The notes under the pieces: generated by a model
The model's input: only the letters and a program-made list of their open reading frames with translations
The model's database searches: none
What the model was told of the DNA's origin: nothing
From: the human T2T-CHM13v2.0 reference genome, Homo sapiens
Assembly (NCBI RefSeq): GCF_009914755.1
Contig: NC_060927.1
Length of the DNA stretch: 64,000 bases
Strand: one strand, 5' to 3'
Translations under genes and position numbers: made by a program
Shown: positions 1 through 12,746 of the stretch, piece after piece
Layout: every line of letters starts with the position of its first letter
How positions within the stretch are numbered: position 1 is the first letter of the stretch

Positions 1-821
1 TATGCCTGTCTTTACTTTAATCTCTTAATCCCGTCATCTTCATAAGCTGAGGATGTATGTCGCCTCAGGACCCTGTAATGATTGTGTTAACTGCGCAAAT
101 TGTTTAAACAGTATGAAATCTGGGCACCTTGAAAAAAGAACAGGATAACAGCAATGTTCAGGGAACAAGGGAGATAACCTTAAAGTCTGGCTGCCTGTAG
201 GCCAGGTGGGACAGAGCCATATTTCTCTTATTACCGAAAATGGGTAAGAGAAATATGGCTGAATTCTTTTCCCAGTAAGGAATATTAATAATTAACAGCC
301 CTGGGAAAAGAATCTATTCCCAGGGCGGGGCCTCTAAAATGGCCTCCCTGGGGGTGTCTGCCTTATGCAGATGTAGATAGGGATGAAACACGCCCTAGTC
401 TCCTGCAGCGCCCCCAGGCTTGCTAGGATTAGGAAATTCCAGACTGGTGAATTCTAGAAAGACCGGTTCTCTGCTCTTGAACCCTGACAATGCATGCACA
501 GTAGGACATGGAAGTTCATTAGTGATTCTAGTTTCGCCCTGATCTTCTGCCTTGTGATCTTTTGTTGCCCTTGAAGCATGTGATCTCTGTGACCCACACT
601 CTATTCGTGCACTCCCTCCCCTTTGAAAATTGCTAATAAAAACTTGCTGGTTTTATGGCTCAGGGGGCATCACGGAACCTGCTGACATGTGATGCTCCCC
701 TGGACACCCAGCTTTAAAATTTCTCCTTTGTACTCTTTCCCTTTATTTCTCAGACTGGCTGACACTTAGGGAAACTAGAAAAGAACCTACGTGAAATATC
801 GGGGGCTGGTTTCTCCCAATA
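1..821 (+). mobile_element. MER11-family LTR (HERV-K HML-8), 5' part outside the window
   Basis: Matches MER11 consensus text (gctgaggatgtatgtcgcctcaggaccctg...; ends gaaaagaacctacgtgaaatatcgggggctgg...cccaata). AATAAA at 635-640. No PBS or internal sequence follows, so it is a solo or 3' LTR. Confidence 0.85.
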
Positions 822-1590
822 TTTTATTATCTCAAAAGGAAACTCTGTACCCTTTGGCTATCACCTCCCCTGTGATGGTTAATATTAAGTGTCAACTTGA
901 TGGGATTAAAGCATGCAAAGTATTGTTTCTGGGTGTGTCTGTTGCCAATGGAGATTAATATTTGTATGGGTGGACTGGGAGAGACAGGCCCACCTTCAAT
1001 CCGGTTGGGCACAATCTAATCAGCTGCCAATGTGTCTATGATAAAAGCAGGCAGAGAAATGTGGAAGGATTAGACTGGCTTAGTCTTCTGGCCTACATCT
1101 TTCTCCCACGCTGGATGCTTCCCACCCTTGAACATCGGGCTCCAAGTTCTTCAGTGCTGGGGCTCGTGGACCTTTGACCACAGACTGAAGGCTGCACTGT
1201 CGATCCCTACTTTTGAGCTTTTGGGACTTGGATTGGCTTCTTTTCTCCTCAGCTTGCAGACAGCCTATTGTGGGAATTCACCATTGTGATCATATGAGTC
1301 TGTACTCCTTAATAAACTCCCCTTTTTATATACATCTATCCTCTTAGTTCTGTCCCTCTAGAGAACCCTGACTGATACATCCCCTAACATCCCACATGCC
1401 ACCTAGCTCTAAACAACCACTAACCTATTCTCTGTCTCTATAGAGTTCTGTGTTACAGAAATTTTATATTAATGGATTTATATAATATGTGCTCTTTTGT
1501 GACTGGCTTCTTTTTCTTAGCATAATGTTTTCCTGTTTCAAAATATAACAATGCTTCATTTCTTTTTATGGCCAAAAATTATTCCATTGT
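822..1590 (-). mobile_element. Old L1M (L1MB/MC-like) 3' fragment split by the MLT2A
   Basis: Antisense L1M 3'UTR-like text (aaaggaaactctgtaccc; caaccactaacctattctctgtctctat; gtgactggcttctttttcttagcataatg) on both sides of the LTR. Confidence 0.65.
871..1379 (+). mobile_element. MLT2A (HERV-L) solo LTR inserted in an old L1M
   Basis: Starts tgtgatggttaatattaagtgtcaacttga and ends ctagagaaccctgactgataca. 5-bp TSD TCCCC at 866-870 and 1380-1384. Confidence 0.9.
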
Positions 1591-1999
1591 AAGTGCCTTT
1601 ATTTTTTAAACATGTGGCTACAGGCAAATTTTTATTTGAAATAAATTTATATTTGTATACTAAATATGAACACATATATTTGTTATATACTAAATATAAT
1701 AATTTCAATACTAGTGATGTGAAGTTCTCTTATATCCACAACAGATTTAACACTCTCTGAGCCTATAATTCATCTTTTCTGTAACCAAGGCTTTCACTGC
1801 ATATTCCTGGTCAGCAGGTGAGTTAACTCCCTTTACTTATAATACAATTACAGAGAAGTTGAATTAGTGTGTAACCACCTTCAATTGTGTTTTCATGTTA
1901 AAGATGATCGTGCCCAAAGCTGCTTCCTTAACAAAATGTAGCATACAGAATCTTCCCTGATCTGTCAACTCTCTTGAAACCCTTTAGGTAGAATAATAA

Positions 2000-2255
2000 A
2001 GTGGTTAAGTTTGTATTTTATAGAGTTTATCTACTTGTATTTGAATCCTGGTTCTATTGTTTTTTACCTTCCGAATATTGGGCAAGATACTTACCTATTT
2101 TAAACTGATGTTTCTTCATGTGTGAAACAAGAAAATAATTATATACGCATCACAGAGCTTTTGGAGAGGAAATTTAACATGAAAAAAGTATTTGAATCTT
2201 AAGCACAGTTTCTGGCAGATAGTAAGCATTTAATGAATATGAATTGCTATTATTT
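2000..2255 (+). mobile_element. MIR SINE
   Basis: gtggttaag...tttgaatcctgg...ttgggcaagatactt...agcacagtttctggcagatagtaagcatttaat core. Confidence 0.7.
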
Positions 2256-2552
2256 ATATTATTATTTTCTATTTTGGTGTTATTCACACTTGCATCCCAT
2301 CAAATATTGTAGCACAGTGCTTGTTACATCCTGATTGCACTCCCCCAACAAAGTATGTTAAATTAATAAATAAATGAATAAGAAGCCTCTCAAGACAGAA
2401 GGATTCAACCTTATAGCTTTGATATTTTTAAACCCTGGATTTCACAACCACAGTTTTCCATCTTTCAGGAGTTATTTGGGGAAGTCTCTGGGGGAAGTTC
2501 TTCTCAATAACAAAATTTACTACTGATGTCAAGATGTCTCAAGTACAATCTT

Positions 2553-2927
2553 CTTTTTAAAAATTTTTTTATTTCAGTAGGTTTTTGGGAAACAGGTGGT
2601 GTTTGGTTACATGTGTAAGTTCTTTGGTGGCCATTTCTGAGATGTTGGTGTACCCATCACCTGAGCAGTGTACACTGTACCCAATGTGTAGTGTTTTATC
2701 TCTCACCACCACCCCCCCCCACTATATCCCTTGAGTTTCAAAAGTCCAATGTATCATTCTTATGCCTTTACACCCTCATAGCTTGGCTCCCATATATGAG
2801 TGAGAACATATGATGTTTGGTTTTCCATTCCTGAGTTACTTCACTTAGAATAATAATCTCCATTTCTACCCAGGTTCCTGCAAATGCCATTATTTTGTTC
2901 CTTTTTATGGCTGAGTAGTATTCCAAG

Positions 2928-2971
<44 letters not shown>

Positions 2972-5900
2972 CACATTTTATCTACTTGTTGATTGATGAG
3001 CATTTAGACTGGTTCCATATTTTTGCAATTGCAAATTGTGCTGCTATAAACATACATGTGTAAGTATCTTTTTTGTATAATGTCTTTTCCTTTGGGTAGT
3101 TAGTAGTGGGATTGCTGGATCAAATGGTAGACCTACTTTTAGTTCTTTAAGGAATCACCACACTGTTTCTCATAGTGGCTGGTTTACTGGTTTACATTGC
3201 CACCAACAGTGTAAAAGTGTTCCCTTTTCACCACACCCATGCCAATGTCTTTTTATTTATTTTTTGATTATGGCCATTTTTGCAGGAGTGAGGTGGTATC
3301 GCATTGAGGTTTTGATTTGCATTTCCCTGATCATAAGTGATGTTGAGAATTTTTCCATATGCTTGTTGGCCATTTGTATAACTTATTTTGAGAGTTGTCT
3401 ATTCATTTCCTTAGCCCACTTTATGATGGGATTGTTTGTTTTTATCTTGCTGATTTGTTTGAGTTATCTGTACATTCTGGATATTAGTTCTTTGTGAGAT
3501 GCATAGATTGTGAAGATTTTTCTCCCACTCTGTGGGTTGTCTGTTAACTCTACTGATTATTTCTTTTGCTGTGTAGAAGCTTTTTAGTTATGTCTCATCT
3601 ATTTGTATTTGTTTTTGTTGCATTTACTTTTGGGTTCTTGGTCATGAAGTCTTTGCCTAAGTCAATGTCTAGAATGGTTTTTCTGATGTTATCTTCTAGA
3701 ATCTTTAGGATTTTAGGTCTTAGATTTAAGTCTTTGATCCATCTTGAATTGATTTTTGTATAAGGTGAGAGATGAGGATCCAGTTTCATTCTTCTACATG
3801 TGCTTACCAGGTATCCCAGCACCATTTGTTGAATAAGATGTCTGTTCCCCACTTCATGTTTTTGTTTACCTTGTTGAAGAGCAGTTGGCTTTAAGTATTT
3901 GGCTTTATTTCTGGGTTCTCTATTCTGTTCTATTGGTCTATGTGCCTATTTTAATATCGTTACCATGCTGTTTTGGTGACTATGGCCTTATAGTATAGTT
4001 TGAAGTCAGGTAATGTAATGCCACCAGATTTTTTCTTTTTGCTTAGTATTGCTTTGGCTATGTGGGCTCTTTTTTGGTTCCATATGAATTTTAGAATTTT
4101 TTTTTCTAGTTCTGTGAAGAATGAAGATGGTATTTTCATGTGAATTGCATTGAATTTGTAGATTGCTTTGGGCAGTGTGTTCATTTTCACAATATTGATT
4201 CTACACATCCATGAGCATGGGATGTGTTTCCATTTGTTTGTGCCATTCATGATTTCTTTCAGCAATGTTTTGTAGTATTCCTTGTAGAGGTTTTTCATGT
4301 CCTTGGTTAGCTATATTCCTAAGTATTTTTTTTTTTTTTGCAGCTATTGTGAAAGGGGTTGAGTTCTTTATTTGATTCTCAGGTTGGTTACTGTTGGTTT
4401 ATAGCAGAGCTACTGATTTGTAATTTTGTATCCTGACACTTTGCTGAATTCATTTACCAGTTCTGAGAGCTTTTTGCATGAGTCATTAGGGTTTTCTAGG
4501 TATATGATCATATTATTAGCAAACAGCAACAAACTAGTTTGACTTCCTCTTTACTGATTTGAATGTCCTTTAATTATTTCTCTTATCTGATTGCTGTGGC
4601 TAGGACTTTTAGTACTATGTTGAATAGAAGTGGAGAAAGTGGGCATCCTTGTCTTTTTCCAGTTCTCAGGGTGATTGCTTTCATCTTTTCCCTGTTCAGT
4701 ATAATGTTGGCTGTGGGTTTGTTGTAAATGGCTTTTATTACCTTAAAATATGTCCTTTCTATGCCAATTTTGCTGAGGTTTTTACTCATAAAGGGATGCT
4801 GGATTTTGTCAAATGCTTTTTTTGCATCTATTGAGATGATTGTGATTTTTGTTTTTAATTCTGTTTATGTGGTGTATCACATTTATTGATTTACATATGT
4901 TAAACTATCCCTGCATTCCTGGTATGAAACCCACTTGATCATTGTCAATTATCTTTTTGATATGCTGTTGGATTCAGTTAGCAAGTATTTTGGTGATGAT
5001 TTTTGCATCTATGTTCATCAGCTATATTGATTTGTAGTTTTCTTTTCTTTTTTTTGTTTTTGTTATGTCCTTCCCTGGTTTTGGTATTAGGGTGATACTG
5101 GCTTCTTGGAATGATTTAGGGAGGATTCCCTCTTTCTCTATATTTTGGGATACTGTCAATAAGATTGGTACCAATTCTTCTTTGAATGTCTGATAGAATT
5201 AAATTGTCAATCCATTTGATCCTGGACTTGTTTTTGTTGGCAATTATTTTTATTACCATTTCAATCTCACTGCCTGTTACTGGTCTGTTCACAGATTCTA
5301 TATCTTCCTGGTTTAATCTAGGATGATTGTATATTTCCAGGAATTTATCTATCTCCTCTAGGTTTTCTAGTTTATGTGCATAAAGGTGTTCATAGTAGCC
5401 TTGAATGATCTTTTGTATTTCTGTGGTATTATTATCAGTAATAATATCTCCTGTTTCATTTCTAATTGAGTTTATTTGGATCTTCTCTCTTCTTGGTTAA
5501 CCTCACTAATGGTCTATCAATTTTATTTATCTTCTCAAAGAACCAGCTTTTTGTTTCACTTATCATGTGTATTGTTTCTTTTGTTTGTTTTAATTTCATT
5601 TAGTTCTGCTTTGATCTTTGTTATTTCTTTTCTTCTGCTGGGTTTGGATTTGAATTGTTCTTGTTTCTCCTCTTCAGTGAGGTGTGACATTAGATTGCCT
5701 ACTTGTGTTCTTTCAGACTTTTTGATGTAGGCATTTAGTATTATGAACTTTCCTCTTGGCACCACTTTTGCTGGATCCCAGAGGTTTTGACAGGTGGTGT
5801 CTCTATTAGCATTCTGTTCAAATTATTTTTTAATTTTCATCTTGATTTCATTGTTGACCCAACAATTGTTCAGGAGCAGGTTATTTAATTTCCACATATT

Positions 5901-8803
5901 TGCATGGTTTTGAGGGTTCCTTTTGGAATTGATTTCCAATTTTATTTTACTGTGGTCTGAGAGAGTACTTGCTGTAAATTCTAATTTCTTAAATTTGTTG
6001 ACACTTGTTTTGTGGACTGTCATAGGATCTATCTTGGCGAATGCTACATGTGCTGATGAATAGAATGTATATTCTGCAGTTGTTGGGTAGAATGTTCTGT
6101 AAATATCTGTTAAGTCCATTTGTTCTGGGGTATAGTTAAAGTCTATTGTTTCTTTGTTGGCTTTCTGTCTTGATGACCTGTCTAGTGCTGTTAGTGGAGA
6201 ATTGAAGTCCGCCACTATTATTGTGTTGTGGTCTACCTAATTTCTTAGATCTAGTAGTAACTGCTTTATAAATTGGGGATTTCCAGTGTTAGGTGCATAT
6301 ATATTTAGGATTGTGACATTTTCCTGTTGGACTAGTCATTTAATCATTATATAGAGTTCATCTTTGTCTTTTTTAACTGCTGTTGCTTTAAAGTTTGTTT
6401 TCTATGATATATGAATAGCTACTCCTTCTCACTTTTAATCTCCATTTACATGGAATATTTTTTTCCACCTTTACCTAAAGTTTATACGAATCCTTATGTG
6501 TTAGGTGAGTCTCCTGAAGACAGCAGAAACTTGGTTGATGAATTCTTATCCATTCTGCCATTCTGTACCTTTTAAGTGTGGGTCATTTAGGCCATTTACA
6601 TTCAATGTTAGTATTGCTATGTGAGGTACTATTCTATTCATCCTGCTATTTGTTGCCTGAATACCTTTTTTATTATTGTGTTATTGTTATATAGGTCCTT
6701 GAAACTTATGTTTTAAGGAGATTCTATTTTGGTGTATTTTGAAGATTTGTTTCAAGATTCAGAGCTCCTTTTAGCAGTTCTTGTAGTGTTGGCTTGGTAG
6801 TGTTGAATTCTCTCAGTGTTTGTCTGAAAAAGACTTTATCTTTTCTTCATTTATGAAGCTCAGTTTTGCTGAATACAAAATTATTGGCTGATAATTGTTT
6901 TGCTTAAGGAGGCTAAAAATAAGACCTCAATTTTTTCTAGCTTGCAGGGTTTCTGCTAAGAAATCTGCTGATAATCTAATAGGCTTTCCTTTTTAGGTTA
7001 TGTGGTGTTTTTGCCTCACAGCTCTTAAGATTCTTTCCTTTGTCTTGACTTTAGATAAACTGATGGCTATGTGTCTAGACAATGACTTTTTTGCAATAAA
7101 TTTCCCAAGTGTTCTTTGAGCTTCCTGTTTTTAGATGTCTAGATCTTTAGCAAGACAAGAGAATCTTTCCTTGTTTATTCCCTCAAATGTGCTTTCCAAA
7201 CTTTAGATTTCTCTTCTTGCTGGAAAACACCAATTATTCTTAGGTTTGGATGTTAAACATAGTCCCAAACTTCTTGAAGGCTTTGTTCATTAAAAATTTA
7301 TTTTCTTTGCCTTTGAGGGATTGGGTTAATTTGCAAGCTGTGTCTTCAAGCTCTAAGTTTCTTTCTTCTGCTTCTTTGATTCTATTGCTGATACTTTCCA
7401 GTACATTTTCATTTCTCTAAGTGTGTCTTTTATTTCCACAAGTTGTGATTGCTTTTTTATTTATGCTATTTCACTGAAGAATTTTCCTTTCATATCCTGT
7501 ATCATATTTTTGATTTCTTCGAGTTGGACGTCACCGTTCTTTTGTACCTCCATGATTAGCTTAATAATCGACCTTCTGAATTTTTTTTTGACAATTCAGA
7601 GATTTCGCCTTGGTTTGGATCCACTGCTGGTGAGCTGCTATGATCTTTTGGGGTGTTAAATAACCTTGTTTTATCATATTGCCAGAATTGTTTTTCTGGT
7701 TCCTTCTCATTTGAGTAGACTATGTTAGAGGGAAGATCTAGGATTTAAGGGCTGCTGTTCAGATTCTTTTGTCCCACACAGTGCTCCTTTGATGTGGTGT
7801 TCTCCCCCTTCCCCTAGGAATGGGGCTTCTTGAGAGCCCAAACGTAGTGATTGCTTTTGCTCTTCTGGATCTAGCCACTTGGTGGAGCTACTGAGCTCTG
7901 GGCTGGTACTGGAGAGTGTCTGCAAAGAGTCCTGTGATGTGATCCATCGTCAGGTCTTTCAGCCATGGATACCAGCACCTGCTCCCGTGGAGGTAGCAAG
8001 GGAGTGAAGTGGACTGTGTGAAGGTCCCTGGCTGTGTTTTTGTTTACTGTGCTGGTTTTGTGTTGGTTGGTCTCCAGCCAGGAGGTGGCGCTTTCCAGAG
8101 CACATCAGCTGTGGTCCTATACGGAGAATGCAGACTTGCCCTAGGAATACCTGGTTAAGTATTCAGGTTTCTCAAGTGGTGGGAAGGGCCCCATAGGGCT
8201 ACCAAGAGATTATGACCTTTTCTTCAGCTACCAGGGTGAGTATAGAAAGACTACCAGGTGGGGGCAGGAATAGGCATGTCTGAGCTCAGCCTCTCCTTGG
8301 GTGGGGCTTGCTGCGGCTGCTGTGGGGGATGGGGGTGCGATTCCCAGTCCAGTGAAATCATATTCCCTGGAAGATACAGCTGCCTCTGCTGAGTCATACA
8401 GGTTACTAGGTAAGTGAGAGACGAGACGCTGGCAGTCATAGGCTTCACCCCACTCCCACATAGCCCGCAGTCCTAAAGATCTGTCTCACTTCCAACTGTA
8501 CCCGCCCAGTAGTACCAAGTCTATTTCCTAGCAGCTAGTGACCAGGGCTGAGAACTTGCCCCAGAACGTGACCCTTTTCATTGAGAAAGCAAGCCGACTC
8601 ACGGTTTTTTCAGTGTCTCATGGAGCCTGCAGCGGTGATCCAGTTCCTTGAAAGGGTCTGCGTATTTTCTTGCCTTTCCTGGTATGTTCCTGTGGTAGTT
8701 CTTGGAGCAAAAGTTCATGATGTGAGTCTCCACATGCTGCTCTGTCCGTGTGAGCAGGAGCTGCAAGCTAGTCCTGACTCCTATCTGCTCTCTTCCTCTC
8801 ACT
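2553..8803 (-). mobile_element. Full-length L1PB (L1PB1-like 3' end, L1PBa-like 5'UTR); ORF1 and ORF2 disrupted
   Basis: ORF2 fragments in the track: EN 5823-6215 (DFNSPL...SDH), RT 4583-4789 ([10 protein letters not shown]), 3960-4298 (WKHIPCSW). ORF2 start ILTLNVNG near 6600. 5'UTR to about 8803. 16-bp TSD tctcaagtacaatctt (2537-2552) / tctcaagtactatctt (8804-8819). Confidence 0.93.
2929..2969. repeat. (TG)n microsatellite inside the L1PB 3' region
   Basis: About 20 TG units seen directly. Confidence 0.95.
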
Positions 8804-9753
8804 TCTCAAGTACTATCTTGAACCTCTCATTGCATATCAGGGTGGAAAGCGTATTACTTCTTTCGCTTCTATGTCAATAAACTGTAATGATATCATATCC
8901 CCTATCCTTCTTCTCATGTTAAGATGGTGAAATCAGAATCCATGGAAGCATTTCCTCTAGAACTACCTGGCATTGATTTTATTTTAGTTGTCCTTTCTAA
9001 GTACTCAGCAGACGTACAAAGTGAAGCAAGCAATAATTCTCTGGACAAGAAAACTGCTGAAGTTCAGCCACATGTCCTTTCTATACCCACTGGTATAACA
9101 CAGATCCAGTCTTACAGATATGCCGACCTGCTGCTGCTTGAAACAGTTATTTTCTGAGGACTGAGGAGTCTGGGGTTCAATCTCTGTATTTTTATTACTC
9201 TTAAGTTCCTGTGGGGGCGTGTTTGTTCCACTTGGTTTTTGAAATTGTAGACTGCTGTGATTTAAGGCAGGGTAAGTTCAGAGTTGTCTTTTAGGAATAA
9301 ATTATGATTTTGTTGAAGGCTTGCCTTTTCCCTGCACATTTTTTTGGATATACAATAAAACATAAAATAGGACCTTTTCAAAACACAGTAGGGGAAAAAA
9401 TGACACAGTTGTGCTCTGTCCTCTGAACTTTGGAATCTAAGCAATTGTGGAGGTTAGTTGGCTATTTCTTGGTAAAGCATAGGAATGAAACTTTACGCTT
9501 TGTTAGAAGAATGAATGGAAGGACAAAGCTGAAACTGTAGGACGGAAGGACTTAGTTGACCACAGCTGCTTCTAATTCTGTCTCTTCAATGCCTGCCTTC
9601 CAGTGGACCACAGGTCCCCCTCTGAACTGATAATGTCTTCACCCTGCATGTTCTTTGGGCTCACTAAAACACGTTGGGTAGAATGGGGACAAACCCATCT
9701 TATGTTCACTCAAAATAAACTTGTAGTTTTATAAAGGAATGTTTTAAGAAAAA

Positions 9754-9882
9754 GAAAATAGAGAAACTAAAGGAAGACAAAATGAAAGAAAACCTAGAAA
9801 ATAGAGAAACTAAAAGAAAACAAAATGAAAGAAAACCTAGAAAACAGAGAAACTAAAAGAAGACAAAATGAAAGAAAACCTA
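9754..9882. repeat. 43-bp x3 purine-rich minisatellite
   Basis: Unit gaaaatagagaaactaaaagaagacaaaatgaaagaaaaccta at 9754-9796, 9797-9839 and 9840-9882, each about 1 difference from this consensus. Confidence 0.95.
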
Positions 9883-11274
9883 TCCCTTTTCTAAAAGAAT
9901 AAAGAAAAAATAAACACATGGAGAAAATGGAGGCCGTAGAAATAGATTCATTATTCTCACCAAAGATCAACTTTGTGGCTGTGCCATAGCAGGAACAAAC
10001 AATTAGTTTCTTCTCTTACTTGAAATTTCTGCATTTACCTCAAACCTCTGTTTATTATGGGCTTTAATCAAGGCTCACTTTAGTTAGTTCAGTTCCTTCT
10101 GAAGTTATGTGACCTGAAAGGTAGGTGGTATCCTTGGAGCCTCTATGGTATAAGGAACCTCTCTAACTTGGCTTTGATTAAATCCTGGATTCACTACACT
10201 CTATGTGAGTTTTCTAGGTCCCAATTCCATTAACTGTGATAGACTAAAATTCTAAAACCTATCTTGGAAATTATTGTAAGTTATTAATGTCATCTTTATA
10301 GTTCTTAGTAGAAGGCCTAGCACAATGTAGAAACTCAAGAAAATGATAGATAATTTGATTCCTATGGTTAATTAGAAGCATCTATATCATCTTACGACTA
10401 ATGTTTTCCAAGTATCAGTACTTCCTTTTGTTTGAGGTACTCCATGAAAAAAGTCTATAAAGTTCTTCCACAGAGTGAGGTGCACAGTGAGCACTTAATT
10501 CTTTCATTTTCAAGCAGCAGTACCCACTGTTTCCCACCTCAGAGATGCTGAAACCACTACAAACAGTAAAATAATGGCCTTTTACATTGATGAGAACTTA
10601 TCATAATTTGAAAGAAAAACAAACATATAAAGAGTCATATTGTACATAAATTCTGCTCCCCTCTTCTGGGTTTGTCTACCAGTGAGTTATCTAAACCGCA
10701 TTTAAATCTCACTTTTCTGTATTCAATTAGCATTGACTATTAAATACTAAGTTATGTAATAAACTATGTGTTACACAATGTTATTTTTAGCTGAATATCA
10801 GCTGGGCTGGTCTTGAACCGTAGAGAACAGGGCTAGAAGTAAAAACCCAGGAGATTTGAGATTTTAGAAACAAAGCATAAGTTGAAGCCAAACACGAAGT
10901 CTAGAACCAGGCAACAGATAGAAGCCACTAACTTTAGCTGAGCAGATGTCACAGATGTGCAGTGGTCAGGAGAGCAGAAACAGTCACCAGGGAACAGATG
11001 ACATTAGAAGACAAACAAGTTGTATTAACATAGAAGGAAGTTTATGAGAACTTTAGGGTTGCTGAAATGACCATAAGTCCTAGGGCTTAGATCAGCATTT
11101 AGTCTTTTCTACTCCCTAGGTATACAATTATAAACAGATCACTTCACCTCTGTAAATTAAATTTTGCTTACCTATAGAAAGGGAATGGTGTTTATCTTAC
11201 CCACATTCCAAGTTGCAGGTGATATAATCAATAGTGAAGCACTTGATAAACAATTGAGTACTATGTACATTGTA

Positions 11275-11500
11275 AGGTAAAGTAGCCTATGGGTTGGATG
11301 CCACATGCAGATGTATTTTCTTTGGTCCACATATGGCATCCAACCCATGAGCTATAGAAAATATGGATTTCTGGATTTCTTTGAAACACTGAAAGATCTG
11401 GAGCCTCTGGGCCACTGTTACTGGATAATAGCAACAGCCTGAGTGTTTGCATTTATAACCTGTAATAAGAGACGCATGTCTCCTTGCTGCTCAAGTTATA
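11275..11500. mobile_element. MER102/Charlie-type hAT non-autonomous relic containing a fold-back hairpin
   Basis: gcagatgtattttctttggtccac and aaaatatggatttctggatttctttgaaacactgaaagatctggagcctctggg resemble the MER102-family consensus. Confidence 0.6.
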
Positions 11501-12746
11501 GATCTGACAGCCCAGGATATGATTAATCAGAGCTCAGGGCTCAGGAAGCCATTCTCCACATCTGGCAGAGCCCGACAAAATCTTTGCAATCAGATTAACG
11601 AAGCAGTGACATGATGTTCTATTAGTGGGGGCATGGACATGCAAAATCATTATGCAGAACAATTCATTATCATAGCTGACCATGTACAGGGTTTTAGCTG
11701 CATGTCGATGTGGCACAGCTCACTGAAGATGCATGGATAAACGCTGTGGCTAAGGCATTGTGAGAGCAATTGGTAGGAGCTAGAAAGCTAGCTCTTAAGC
11801 CAAGCTAGAAGAGAAACACAGTTCTGGGATCACCATTCATTTTGCTCTTTCTGGGTCCTTTTATATCTGCTTTAGCAAGGTACCTGCTTTAACAATGTAC
11901 ATTCTTGCATGAATGTTTTCTTTTCTCTTTCAATTCTTCTTCCATCCTGGTGTTTAGGATATCACTGGGGTGGGATAGTGGGAGAGGTGGCAGTTTTATT
12001 TTGTTTTTAAGTATATCAGTTCTCCTTTTTGATATCAGCTTTTCTTTTTGAATAGTCCAGGATATACTTGCCTCTCAAGCAGCTTTTTTTTTTCTCAAAG
12101 CCAGTTCTTCTTATGCAACAGACTTACTATATCATTCACAGATTGTACCATGAGGGTTCACTTTCTTGCACCTATATTAGGCCACAACCTCTAAGCACAA
12201 AGGTCTTTTCATGACTGTTTATTGAAATACCCAGCAAGAATTTTCATCAGACAGAGTTTTAGTCATGCTCTAACTCTGCAACTTATTAAAATGGGAGCAC
12301 TTTATATAATTTGCTTAACTCTTCTAAGCTTTAGTTCCTTCTTCCTAAAAATAGGAGTTGTAGGAAGAAAGATGAGTGGGTCCTGTTTCATTTGGTTACT
12401 TTTACATTAAAATGCAATGAATCTCTATGGGTACTCTGAACTTGTGACTGGCTAGGTAAGCCAGATTTCAGTGTGCTTCACAGACCTGGTGACCTTGGAC
12501 TTGGAAGGGAGAAGGACACAAGATGTCTCACTGAGGCCTTTTGGAGTAAGCTATTCTCCAATATACATTTCTTACAGGATGCTTGTCTACTTACTCATTT
12601 GGTCACTATCCTTAAGTGCATAGCTCTTTATAGGAAACAATTTCAATAGTGGAAGAGAAACGATAAGTTTCATTCACATACAAAACCTCAACTCAACCAA
12701 TCAATGTTTATAAAGCACACTCATCATCTTTGAAAAAAGATATCAG

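Noticed and set aside
9754-9882. CRISPR-like array
   Set aside because: Head-to-tail repeats with no spacers, in a primate genome with no cas genes.
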